DNA from: Candidatus Saccharimonadales bacterium
Lineage (GTDB): Bacteria > Patescibacteriota > Saccharimonadia > Saccharimonadales > 2-12-FULL-41-12
DNA length: 64,000 nucleotides
NCBI GenBank assembly: GCA_025451045.1
Contig: JANWLD010000003.1
Span: 133,690-197,689 of the forward strand
Direction of reading: 5' to 3'
The first letter of the stretch is position 1; each line of letters begins with the position of its first letter. A program made the translations under genes and the position numbers. The notes under the pieces were generated by a model, which had not been told where the DNA came from, searched no databases, and saw only the letters and a program-made list of their open reading frames with translations. Shown one piece after another: positions 51,874 through 60,701 of the stretch.

Positions 51874-52347
51874 ATGAAATATAGGAGTACTATGTTCTTG
51901 ACATTGAGTAAATTTAAAAGTAAATTAATCAAACATATGTTTTACGGATTAGCCGAAAAAAGTATAGAGCTACGCGAAGGAGAAAAACTTTTTAGCACTA
52001 GGATGCAAAAAGCTTTTTTTGATAATCTCGGCCATCGCCCGTTCAGAGGAAGTCAGCACATAAATGGCGCCGGGTATCTGCTTGAGCCGGATACTGGTTG
52101 CGTTCGTATTGTCGTTGATGTGGCTACGACATACGGAAGCGGCAAAACCATCAATAAATCTATTGGAACAGCTCGTGCGGCCGACATTAATGATGCCGAA
52201 AAACTTGTCGAGGCGATGAATGAGCCGCCGACACTTCAAAGGGCCAATCGTGCCATAGAGGCTGTCCATCCGGTGGCGGCTAATGCTGGCAATATTGCCG
52301 TCTATGCCACTGCGGCGGGATGTGCCCTGGCTGCAGTGATAATGTAG
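51874..52347 (+). CDS. Hypothetical protein with a hydrophobic C-terminus
   Basis: 157-aa ORF; no motif recognised. Confidence 0.4.
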   Translation: MKYRSTMFLTLSKFKSKLIKHMFYGLAEKSIELREGEKLFSTRMQKAFFDNLGHRPFRGSQHINGAGYLLEPDTGCVRIVVDVATTYGSGKTINKSIGTARAADINDAEKLVEAMNEPPTLQRANRAIEAVHPVAANAGNIAVYATAAGCALAAVIM

Positions 52348-53706
52348 TTATTTAGCGGTGAAAGCGAAGCGTTCGGTAAAGATGTGTTCTTTCGGTACGC
52401 CGAGCTCTATCAGCGCCTGCTCGACAGCGCTCATCATTCCCGGCGGGCCGCAGAGCGCAACTTTGCGTTTTTTTACGTCCTTGACTAATTTCGCCACTAA
52501 CTGCTTGTCAATAATACCTTTATAGCCGCTTTTAGGCGCGTTTTCGCTGAAGATATAGTGTATTTTGGCGCCTGTCCGCTTCGATATTTCCTCCAGTTCG
52601 CTTGATAATGCCAAATCCCCAGGGCTTCTGACGCTATATAAGACAATGGCGTCTTTTGCTTTATCTCCCAGCCCTTCCAGCATGGCCCGGATAGGCGTGA
52701 TGCCGATGCCGCCGGCTATAAATAACGGCTTGGCGCCTTCCAGCCGCTCAGTCGTAAAAACACCGTGCGGCCCGTCAAAGAACAGTTTCGTCCCCGGTTT
52801 TATCTTTTGCAGATCCGTCGTGTAATCCCCCACCGCTTTTGGCGTAAGCCTCAAACCATTCTTCGGACTGCCGGTCGAAATGGTGAAAGGATGCGTCTGC
52901 CACCAGAGTTTCTTGGCAAAAAACCGCCAAATGCCAAACTGCCCCGGTATGAAAAAATCATCCGGCAATGGTTTTTTGGACGAGATATAGATAGAAACTA
53001 CGCCTCCGGCGGCTTTTTCGACCTTTGATACAGTGAAATCATAGATGAAATAGCGCATGACCAACCGTCCGAACCGGTACCAACCGATAGTTCCCAAAAC
53101 TACTATATAAAGCGCGTACCAGTAGGCTCTGAACACATCATTGCTAAGCAGGTCCAAGCCGTTATTTATCTGGTGCCAGAACGCTGAAAGAACTGCGATA
53201 TAAACCGACAAATGGATAAGATACCAATATTCATAGCGCAGTTTAGAACGAACCATGGTTATCGACATCGCTATCACACCGATAAGTATTACTGCGGCAA
53301 TGTAGGCCAGCCAGACCCATGGGTAATGCTCGAACTGGCTAACGGTCTGGTCGATGAAGTTGAGATTGTGCAGATGCTGGTGCCCGAAAGTCACGAAAAA
53401 GATATGCGCCAGCAGTAGATAAAAGATTAAATATCCATTAAGTCGATGCAATCTTTGTTGTAATACCGTACCAACATAACGCTCCATGACTGGCAGGCGG
53501 CTTTGCAGGACGAACTGGTGCAGTACGGACAAGGCTAGAAACAGACCAAGCAAATCGCCGATAGAAACCAGCCTTAAGTCCGCTGGCGCATTCTGCCAAT
53601 TGTTAGTGAGCCAGAACAAGAATATCCCAAAGGCGTTAAGAAAAATGACAGAGAAAAATAATGTCCGAATAGTTTCCTGTTTTTTATCCGCCCATGTTTT
53701 AGCCAT
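52348..53706 (-). CDS. Ferric reductase/NOX-family membrane flavocytochrome (6-TM domain plus FNR-like FAD/NAD(P)H domain)
   Basis: N-terminal TM domain with paired His residues, HPFTIS FAD-binding motif, GGIGITP NAD(P)H motif, C-terminal CGPPGM. Confidence 0.8.
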   Translation of the reverse strand: MAKTWADKKQETIRTLFFSVIFLNAFGIFLFWLTNNWQNAPADLRLVSIGDLLGLFLALSVLHQFVLQSRLPVMERYVGTVLQQRLHRLNGYLIFYLLLAHIFFVTFGHQHLHNLNFIDQTVSQFEHYPWVWLAYIAAVILIGVIAMSITMVRSKLRYEYWYLIHLSVYIAVLSAFWHQINNGLDLLSNDVFRAYWYALYIVVLGTIGWYRFGRLVMRYFIYDFTVSKVEKAAGGVVSIYISSKKPLPDDFFIPGQFGIWRFFAKKLWWQTHPFTISTGSPKNGLRLTPKAVGDYTTDLQKIKPGTKLFFDGPHGVFTTERLEGAKPLFIAGGIGITPIRAMLEGLGDKAKDAIVLYSVRSPGDLALSSELEEISKRTGAKIHYIFSENAPKSGYKGIIDKQLVAKLVKDVKKRKVALCGPPGMMSAVEQALIELGVPKEHIFTERFAFTAK

Positions 53707-53765
53707 TAAGAAAATTATATCTTAATAAACGAATAGTATAATCCGATAAATTAATTAAAAACGCA

Positions 53766-54482
53766 TTGAAAGAAAAAAGACGCCGAACCATAGCAGTGAT
53801 TCTCTTAGCTGTTTTATCAGCGGTGTTTATTTTTAATATTAATTCTGCGCAAGCGCCCCCGGTAGCATACAAGCAAACCGTAGAACAACCCCAATCAGGC
53901 GCGATAAACGTACTTGCGGCGCTGGAGCGCGTTGAAGTCAAAGGCCGGGCGCCCAAGACTGGATATACCCGCGCCCAGTTTTTGAGCGATTGGGGCGAGG
54001 CCGGCGGCTGTGACCTGCGAAACCTGATTTTGCAGAGGGATTTGTCGGATACTTTTGTTGACCCTGTCGGCAAATGCGTGGTTATCAGAGGCAGGTTGGA
54101 TGATCCGTACACCGGCAAAGTCATTGAATTCAAACGAGGCCAAGGCACGTCAGATGCTGTTCAGATAGACCATGTGGTCGCGTTGTCCGATGCTTGGCAA
54201 AAAGGCGCGCAACAGCTTGGTTTTGACGTGCGAAACCGGTTCGGCAACGATCCGCTTAATCTGCTGGCAGTCGACGGGCCGGCTAACCAAAACAAAAGCG
54301 ACGCTGACGCGGCTACCTGGTTGCCAGCGAACAAAGGCTATCGCTGCCGTTACGTTGCACGGCAAACCGCTGTTAAGCTTAAATATCATCTCTGGATGAC
54401 AGCCGCGGAAAAAGACGCGATCAAACTTCAGTTGCGCCGCTGCCCTGACCAAGTACTGCCAATAGAAGGCGGCAAACCGTGA
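53766..54482 (+). CDS. Secreted DUF1524/His-Me-finger (HNH-like) nuclease, TTG start
   Basis: Signal-anchor (TIAVILLAVLSAVFIF); QIDHVVALSDAW...NLLAVDGPANQNKSDADAATWLP motif block. Confidence 0.7.
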   Translation: MKEKRRRTIAVILLAVLSAVFIFNINSAQAPPVAYKQTVEQPQSGAINVLAALERVEVKGRAPKTGYTRAQFLSDWGEAGGCDLRNLILQRDLSDTFVDPVGKCVVIRGRLDDPYTGKVIEFKRGQGTSDAVQIDHVVALSDAWQKGAQQLGFDVRNRFGNDPLNLLAVDGPANQNKSDADAATWLPANKGYRCRYVARQTAVKLKYHLWMTAAEKDAIKLQLRRCPDQVLPIEGGKP

Positions 54483-55918
54483 AGAAAAAATTCCACGTTT
54501 CATGGCTGGTGGCTTGGGCCAGTCTGGGGGTTTTGTGCGGTGTGCTGCTGTCTTTCTCCACCAAGGACTATTTCATCGGCTCGACATGGCTGCTTACAGG
54601 CTTGAGCCTGCTTTTCATTTCATTGCTGAATCGCAAGCCGGCTATGATACTTCTGGCCGTTTGCGCTGGTCTTTTGGTAGGGCTATGGCGCGGCAGCCAG
54701 ATTTATCCTTCGCAAGTTGTTTACTCTCAATTCATAAGCAAACAAGTCGCTATATCCGGAACGGTCAGCGAGGATATAGCTTATGCTCAAGACGGCGCTA
54801 TGCAAATCAAACTCAAAAACATAAGACTTTATGACCAGCCTATAGCCGGACAAATCTGGCTGAGTTCACAGCAAAACCTGCCGATAAAACGTAGCGACAG
54901 GCTTGCGATAAGTGGTAAATTGAGCAAGGGTTTCGGTAACTTTTCAGCCGCTATTTATCGGGCAGGAATTGTCAAGGCCGGTCGTATCAAGCATGGCGAC
55001 GTAGCGCTGGAAGCGCGAGATTGGTTTTCTGATTCGATCCGACGGGCCATTAAAGAGCCGGAGGCCAGTTTGGGCATCGGCTTTTTGACCGGACAGCATT
55101 CTACTTTGCCAGAGAGCTTGGTTAATAACCTGCGGCTGTTGGGACTGACTCATATCATTGTTGCCAGCGGCTATAATTTGACCATACTTGTCCGATTTGC
55201 CCGGCGCGGGCTGGCCGGTATATCGAAATACTCTGCCATGCTCGGCTCGTCGCTGCTGATAATCGGTTTTATTATGGTGACTGGTGCCAGTCCGTCGATG
55301 GTCCGGGCTGGTTTGATAACCGGGCTTAGTTTGGCGGCTTGGTACTGGGGCCGGAAAATCCATCCATTGGTGTTGATTTTATTTTCGGCGGCAGTGACAG
55401 TGCTTTTTAACCCGTCATATCTGCATGGTGATTTGGGCTGGTATCTATCGTTCGCGGCTTTTTGCGGAGTTATCATCCTTTCGCCATTGCTACTTAATTA
55501 TTTTTGGGGTAAGAATGAACCGAATGCCTTGCTTCGAGTAGTGGTTGAGACTTTGTCCGCCCAGATTCTGACCGCACCGATAATCGCTTTTTCTTTTGGC
55601 CAGTATGCACCGTTGGCGCTTATTGCCAACGTATTGATACTGCCGTTGATACCTCTGGCGATGGTGTTTACTTTCACTGCCGGTATCGGTGGATTTTTAT
55701 CCGCCATCCTTGTCGGCATACTTGCTTTTCCGGGCCAGCTAATTTTAAGCTATATGACATTTACCGTAACAAGGCTTGCCGGTTTGCCGATGGCTCACGG
55801 CGAGATCAAATTCCCTGCTGCTTACCTGGCAATTTCTTATATGCTTATCCTAGTTTTGTGCCTGTGGTTGTGGCGGCGGACCGGACATGATTTTGCCGAA
55901 GATTCGATAATTGAATAG
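54479..55918 (+). CDS. comEC: ComEC/Rec2-family DNA internalisation channel (no metallo-beta-lactamase domain)
   Basis: Multi-TM; competence-domain motif LLGLTHIIVASGYNLTIL; GTGA overlap with the nuclease gene. Confidence 0.85.
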   Translation: MKKKFHVSWLVAWASLGVLCGVLLSFSTKDYFIGSTWLLTGLSLLFISLLNRKPAMILLAVCAGLLVGLWRGSQIYPSQVVYSQFISKQVAISGTVSEDIAYAQDGAMQIKLKNIRLYDQPIAGQIWLSSQQNLPIKRSDRLAISGKLSKGFGNFSAAIYRAGIVKAGRIKHGDVALEARDWFSDSIRRAIKEPEASLGIGFLTGQHSTLPESLVNNLRLLGLTHIIVASGYNLTILVRFARRGLAGISKYSAMLGSSLLIIGFIMVTGASPSMVRAGLITGLSLAAWYWGRKIHPLVLILFSAAVTVLFNPSYLHGDLGWYLSFAAFCGVIILSPLLLNYFWGKNEPNALLRVVVETLSAQILTAPIIAFSFGQYAPLALIANVLILPLIPLAMVFTFTAGIGGFLSAILVGILAFPGQLILSYMTFTVTRLAGLPMAHGEIKFPAAYLAISYMLILVLCLWLWRRTGHDFAEDSIIE

Positions 55919-55951
55919 TGCGTTATACTGGTCTTATAAAACGAGGTTATT

Positions 55952-56905
55952 TTGAAAACTTTACCCCATTATTTATTAGCGCATCTGGAGGGCAATGAGC
56001 GCCAGATTGAGCTGAACTTGATAATCGCCGATATTGCTGACGCTGGAAAGAAGATAGCGCATGAAGTCCAGCGCTCAGGATTGCTTGATTTACACGGTGC
56101 GGCCGGCGGCCAAAATGTCCATGACGATGAAGTGCAAAAACTGGATGAACACAGCAATAGCATTATGAAGGACATCTTATCGGCGAATGAACATATAATT
56201 GGCTTAGCAAGTGAAGAGGAAGAAGACGTCGTGGATGTTTCAAACGGCAAAGACCACGGCTATCTGGTAGCTTTTGACCCGCTGGATGGTTCCAGCAATA
56301 TAGATATCAACATGCCCGTAGGAACTATTTTTTCTGTCTTGCCTTCCGCGGGCGATATTAAAGAGGATTTTCTCCAGCCAGCCGGTAAGCAAGTGGCGGC
56401 CGGGTATGTTCTCTATGGTTCAAGCACGGTAATGGTGTTTAGTCTCGGCAACGGTGTCCATGAGTTTACTCTTGACCCGGATAACGGCGAATTCGTCCTG
56501 ACCACCGAGAATATAAAAATGCTGGAAAACACCGGCTACATTGCCTATAACCCCTATGTCTTGCCAAATATGGATCCGAAAAAAGCCGAGGCTTATCGAC
56601 AACTATGCGACCAGACAGCTCGCTCGATGCGTTGGATAGGCGCGATGGTCGCCGATGTGCACCGCACATTGTTTAAGGGCGGCTTTTTTGCCTACCCGTC
56701 AGTCGGAAAAGGTGGAAATTATAAAGGCAAGCTACGGATGCAGTACGAGGCCAAGCCGCTTGGATGGCTGGTTGAACAAGCTGGCGGCAAAGCAATCTTA
56801 GATGACAAGCCCATCAATGATTTGACATCAAGTGACCTACACCAAAAAGTATCAGTCGAGCTCGGCGACGCCGGCACAATGAGGTTGTTTGAAAGCTTCC
56901 TATGA
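55952..56905 (+). CDS. fbp: Fructose-1,6-bisphosphatase class I (TTG start)
   Basis: FDPLDGSSNID metal-binding motif and GKLRMQYEAKPL region. Confidence 0.9.
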   Translation: MKTLPHYLLAHLEGNERQIELNLIIADIADAGKKIAHEVQRSGLLDLHGAAGGQNVHDDEVQKLDEHSNSIMKDILSANEHIIGLASEEEEDVVDVSNGKDHGYLVAFDPLDGSSNIDINMPVGTIFSVLPSAGDIKEDFLQPAGKQVAAGYVLYGSSTVMVFSLGNGVHEFTLDPDNGEFVLTTENIKMLENTGYIAYNPYVLPNMDPKKAEAYRQLCDQTARSMRWIGAMVADVHRTLFKGGFFAYPSVGKGGNYKGKLRMQYEAKPLGWLVEQAGGKAILDDKPINDLTSSDLHQKVSVELGDAGTMRLFESFL

Positions 56906-56920
56906 GATTAACTTTGATAC

Positions 56921-57116
56921 GGCTTTAGTTTTTTGTCTCGGGAAGAGCTCTCTACAGGTTTCGCTCTGCTCAAGCCTGTGGCGTTTGCGACTCTCCCGAT
57001 ACAAGCTAAAGCCAGACAGGTTGTCTTGCCAGGTGAGTCTGTGAAGGCCAAGTGCAGCACGTGATATGATTTTTTATCACGTGCGAAACGCTCACCTGGA
57101 AGATAATTTGTCTGGC
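56921..57116. ncRNA. Candidate structured RNA between convergent fbp and fda
   Basis: Helices: GGCTTTAG 56921-56928 with CTAAAGCC 57006-57013; GCCAGACA 57011-57018 with TGTCTGGC 57109-57116; CCAGGTGAG 57029-57037 with CTCACCTGG 57091-57099; GCACGTGATA 57057-57066 with TATCACGTGC 57075-57084. Confidence 0.3.
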
Positions 57117-57118
57117 TC

Positions 57119-58006
57119 TTACTTAACGGAGGCGTCGCAGATACTTTGGATTGAAGTATCTAAAGTTTGGTTGAACTGCTCATCGCTTTGCTGTGCGCTT
57201 AAACCTTCAGTCAGAGCGCGCGAGAAACTGGCGATAACCCCGGGGTTCTTGGCCAGCTCGGCATTTGCCTTTTCTCGGCTATAACCTCCGGAAAGCGCGA
57301 CTACTCGGACTACTTTTGGATTATCAACGAATTCCTGATAAAAACCGGGTACGTCCGGCAAAGTCAGCTTCAGCATTATCAGCTGGTCGTCGCTTAAGCT
57401 ATTTATTTGAGATAACATTTCGGCCTTAACCAATTCTTCGGCTTGGGCTTTCTCGGGACTGTTAATATCGACTTCCGGCTCGATAATCGGTACTAGGCCT
57501 TTGGCTATAATCTGCTTGGAAGTTTCAAACTGCTGGGCTACAACTGCTTTTATACCTTCGGGGTTAGCCAACTTGATGACGCTGCGCATCTTGGTGCCGA
57601 AGATACCGGCGGCTTTGGCTTTATCCAGAAACTCGTCCAAGCCCGGATTTGGCTTCATAACTTGCACGCCGTTTTCTTCGTCTGCTAGCCCTTTGTCTAT
57701 TTTAAGAAATGGCACTATTTGTTTCTTTTCCCAGAGATACTGAGCAGTCGGCATATCTTCTACCTGCCGGTCCATGGTCATCTCAAATAAGATTGCCCCC
57801 AAAATCCGTTCGCCGGTAAAAACCGGACTGGCGATAATCCTACTGCGCATGGTGTGGACTAAGTCAAACATCTCAGCTTCACTGCTATAAACGTTTTCTT
57901 CAATGCCATACAGTTTCAAAGCTTTCGGCGTAGAGCCGCCGCTTTGGTCCAGGGCCGCTACGAAACCGTTGCCACTTTTCATTTTTGCTAACTGATCTGT
58001 GTCCAT
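57119..58006 (-). CDS. fda: Fructose-bisphosphate aldolase class I
   Basis: Near full-length similarity, as I recall it, to staphylococcal Fda ([46 protein letters not shown]). Confidence 0.92.
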   Translation of the reverse strand: MDTDQLAKMKSGNGFVAALDQSGGSTPKALKLYGIEENVYSSEAEMFDLVHTMRSRIIASPVFTGERILGAILFEMTMDRQVEDMPTAQYLWEKKQIVPFLKIDKGLADEENGVQVMKPNPGLDEFLDKAKAAGIFGTKMRSVIKLANPEGIKAVVAQQFETSKQIIAKGLVPIIEPEVDINSPEKAQAEELVKAEMLSQINSLSDDQLIMLKLTLPDVPGFYQEFVDNPKVVRVVALSGGYSREKANAELAKNPGVIASFSRALTEGLSAQQSDEQFNQTLDTSIQSICDASVK

Positions 58007-58150
58007 AAACCCTCCAAATTATGGGTAGAATTGTAGACAAAATCGAATAATGTCGCAAGCTTTGATTAACAGATTATTAAAAACTGAACTAGATTGATTT
58101 GACCAAGAGTCGTTGCTTGGGCTAATTTGGAGTAGTTACCCAAAATATAA

Positions 58151-59716
58151 ATGCTAAAACTACAAAGAATACTGCTGCTAATACTCAGCGCGACTTTATT
58201 TTTACCTATTTTTCAGCTTAGCGTTGGTGCTGTTGCGCCATCGGCCAAAGTAATAATTACTGAGGTTAAGCTGGGCGGCGGCGATGACGTGATTTTTGCT
58301 GACAGTAGCAAGGCCAAGGATTTCGTTACGCTTTATAATCAAAGCTCCGAACCCGTTTCTCTTGATGGCTGGTCGCTTCAATACGCAAAAGCCGGCGCAG
58401 GTTTCGCGGATTGTAATGCCCAGTTTGCCGCTGGCAATATCACTCAGCTGAGCGGTACGTTGCTACCGGGCACTATTAGTCTGCCGATTAAACGTTCTAT
58501 GAACGACGCGACTGATGGCGCTCTTCGGCTGATTGACACTGGCGGCGTGATTAACGACTTAATTGGCTGGGGCGTAACGACAAAATGCTATGATGGTTCG
58601 CCCAGCTCTACTCCTGCCAATGGTAAAAGCTTGCAAAGATATCTAGATTGCGATACGAACCTACCGGTGGATACTGACAATAATTCAGCCGATTTTGCCC
58701 TTAGCGATATACCAAGCCCGGGAGTTTTGGCTGGCCCGCTGACGGCTGATTGCGCGCCTCCACCACCTCCAGAAGATCCGGGCGATGATGATAATCCTGG
58801 CTCAGAAGATACTACCAGCGGGCAAGGAACGGGTCCAGCCTCAAGCTGCGGAGGAGTAATAATCAGCGAACTTTTGCCAAATCCGGCCGGATCTGACGCA
58901 GGACATGAGCTTATTGAACTTTTCAATCCGACTGGTCATGACATTTCCCTTGCCGGTTGCAAACTGCAAACCACGGCCAATTCCAAGCTATTTGCCTTTA
59001 CGGATGAAGAAATGGCGGCCGGCCAATACAAAGCTTTTTATAATGATACAACTGGATTGACACTGGCAAATTCCGGCGGCGGCTCGGTCTTTTTGATAGA
59101 TACGGACAATAGTGAAATTGACCAGGCGGATTACGCGGCAGATTTGGATGACGATGTGTCGTGGTCACTGATTAACGGCGATTGGCGGCAAACTTTCACT
59201 ATTACCCCGGAGACAGCCAATGAACTGTTAGAGCTAAAGCCTTGTCCTGCGGGGCAAATGCGCAACCCTGACACTAACAGGTGTATAAATATTGTTACCG
59301 CGGCTGTTGGATTGGGTCCATGCGCCCCGGGTAAAGAACGCAATCCTGATACTCATCGCTGTCGTAACATCGCTTCGCTGGCCTCAGTACTTAAAGCCTG
59401 CGCTGCTGACCAGTTCCGCAATCCGGCAACAAACCGCTGTAAAAAAGTTTCAAGCAGCTCTTTAGCACCCTGCAAGGCGGGTCAGGAGAGGAATCCGGCT
59501 ACCAACCGCTGCAAGAAAACTCTTGCAGGTTCATCTTATGCTGACGGTAATATAAATGACGTTAAAGATGTATTGTCATCTTCATCGCCGGTCGATAGAT
59601 CCAGCTGGGCTATGGCCGGTATCAGCGTGTTGGGCGCTATGCTATATGCCGCTTGGGAGTGGCGCAGTGAAATAACCCAGCAACTGGGTATTTTAAGGAG
59701 TAAATTTTCTGTCTGA
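58151..59716 (+). CDS. Surface protein with two lamin-tail (LTD) domains, four Cys-pair repeats and a C-terminal TM anchor
   Basis: Signal peptide; VIITEVKLGG... and VIISELLPNPAGSDAGHELIELFNP LTD signatures; PPPPPEDPGDDD linker; C-terminal hydrophobic WAMAGISVLGAMLYAAW. Confidence 0.75.
   Translation: MLKLQRILLLILSATLFLPIFQLSVGAVAPSAKVIITEVKLGGGDDVIFADSSKAKDFVTLYNQSSEPVSLDGWSLQYAKAGAGFADCNAQFAAGNITQLSGTLLPGTISLPIKRSMNDATDGALRLIDTGGVINDLIGWGVTTKCYDGSPSSTPANGKSLQRYLDCDTNLPVDTDNNSADFALSDIPSPGVLAGPLTADCAPPPPPEDPGDDDNPGSEDTTSGQGTGPASSCGGVIISELLPNPAGSDAGHELIELFNPTGHDISLAGCKLQTTANSKLFAFTDEEMAAGQYKAFYNDTTGLTLANSGGGSVFLIDTDNSEIDQADYAADLDDDVSWSLINGDWRQTFTITPETANELLELKPCPAGQMRNPDTNRCINIVTAAVGLGPCAPGKERNPDTHRCRNIASLASVLKACAADQFRNPATNRCKKVSSSSLAPCKAGQERNPATNRCKKTLAGSSYADGNINDVKDVLSSSSPVDRSSWAMAGISVLGAMLYAAWEWRSEITQQLGILRSKFSV
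59243..59512 (+). repeat. Four tandem coding repeats C-x2-[GD]-[QK]-x-RNP-[DA]-T-[NH]-RC
   Basis: CPAGQMRNPDTNRC, CAPGKERNPDTHRC, CAADQFRNPATNRC, CKAGQERNPATNRC, spaced ~23-25 aa apart. Confidence 0.85.
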
Positions 59717-59721
59717 AAAGC

Positions 59722-59747
59722 GAAAACAGGTCCGCAGACCTGTTTTC
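59722..59747. terminator. Bidirectional intrinsic terminator
   Basis: GAAAACAGGTC-CGCA-GACCTGTTTTC, with A-run/T-run arms, 6 nt after the LTD gene stop. Confidence 0.7.
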
Positions 59748-59898
59748 TGAGAAAAGCATTTTGGATTGACCTCACACTTTTCCTGTACATAAATTTACTC
59801 TCATACAATGAGCGTGTCAACAATAATTTTCTTTTGTGTGGACAACATGTTCACAAACCTGTGGATATAAGAGGAGTATGTAGTCAGAGCAAGTAAAT

Positions 59899-60591
59899 TT
59901 ACCTGCTTGAAGTAGCGTTGTTTTGTGGCGATCTAAGATCTGTCACTAACTCCCCTGCTTCTTCTATCATAAGTCCGGCTCGGGCAAGAAGGTATCTAGC
60001 CTGCTTGACTCTAACATCCGGAAAGTCAAATACCCTTGTTTCGTATGCCCGGCGCACCAAATGAGGACGATTGTTGGCCTCAAGCTTATCTTTAGCAGTC
60101 TCTACATGGTTGGTTACAGTGTTCTTATGAACTTTGAGTCTCTTTGATATCTTTTGGTTTGTTATCCCCTGCGCAATTAAGGATAGGATTTTAAAAGTTC
60201 TTGGCTTTATATGGGGGACCGGTTCTTCCTGGCCTATTAACTTTATCGGCAGAATGCCCTCGACTATGACTATGTTGACAGCATGCGACATGGATTTAGC
60301 ACCTAATTTATCAAGTATGTCCGAACGATGCCTTACAACTGTCATGTGATGGCGGTTAGTATCGGCGGCTTGTACTTTTGCCAGCTTGCCAAGAGAAGCC
60401 TTTTCCAGCTCCTGGAACTGTACAGGTGTTAAATCTGGAATTTCTAATCTTGGCCGGTCTAAGACAGCTTCCACATCGCTGGCTGCTTTTTCCATATCTT
60501 TATGGGCATCATAAATCTCCTGACCAGCTTGCACAGATAGAATTTCTGCACCGGACTCAATTGATGTGGTTGGCGGGGTTGTTTTATCCAT
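59899..60591 (-). CDS. LuxR/GerE-type HTH transcription regulator with an uncharacterised N-terminal domain
   Basis: C-terminal ILSLIAQGITNQKISKRLKVHKNTVTNHV helix-turn-helix. Confidence 0.75.
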   Translation of the reverse strand: MDKTTPPTTSIESGAEILSVQAGQEIYDAHKDMEKAASDVEAVLDRPRLEIPDLTPVQFQELEKASLGKLAKVQAADTNRHHMTVVRHRSDILDKLGAKSMSHAVNIVIVEGILPIKLIGQEEPVPHIKPRTFKILSLIAQGITNQKISKRLKVHKNTVTNHVETAKDKLEANNRPHLVRRAYETRVFDFPDVRVKQARYLLARAGLMIEEAGELVTDLRSPQNNATSSR

Positions 60592-60701
60592 TTATTTACC
60601 TATAATACTATAAAAATGCAAATATGTCTAGTTTTTGAGACCTGACCGATTTAATCTATAATCTAACTAACCTTATAAAAATAAGAGGAAATAACCGGTA
60701 A

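Noticed and set aside
57011-57118. 4.5S/SRP-like identity for the ~106-nt rod hairpin
   Set aside because: The apical loop is TGATTTTT rather than a GNRA tetraloop, and the conserved symmetric and asymmetric loop sequences of SRP domain IV are absent.
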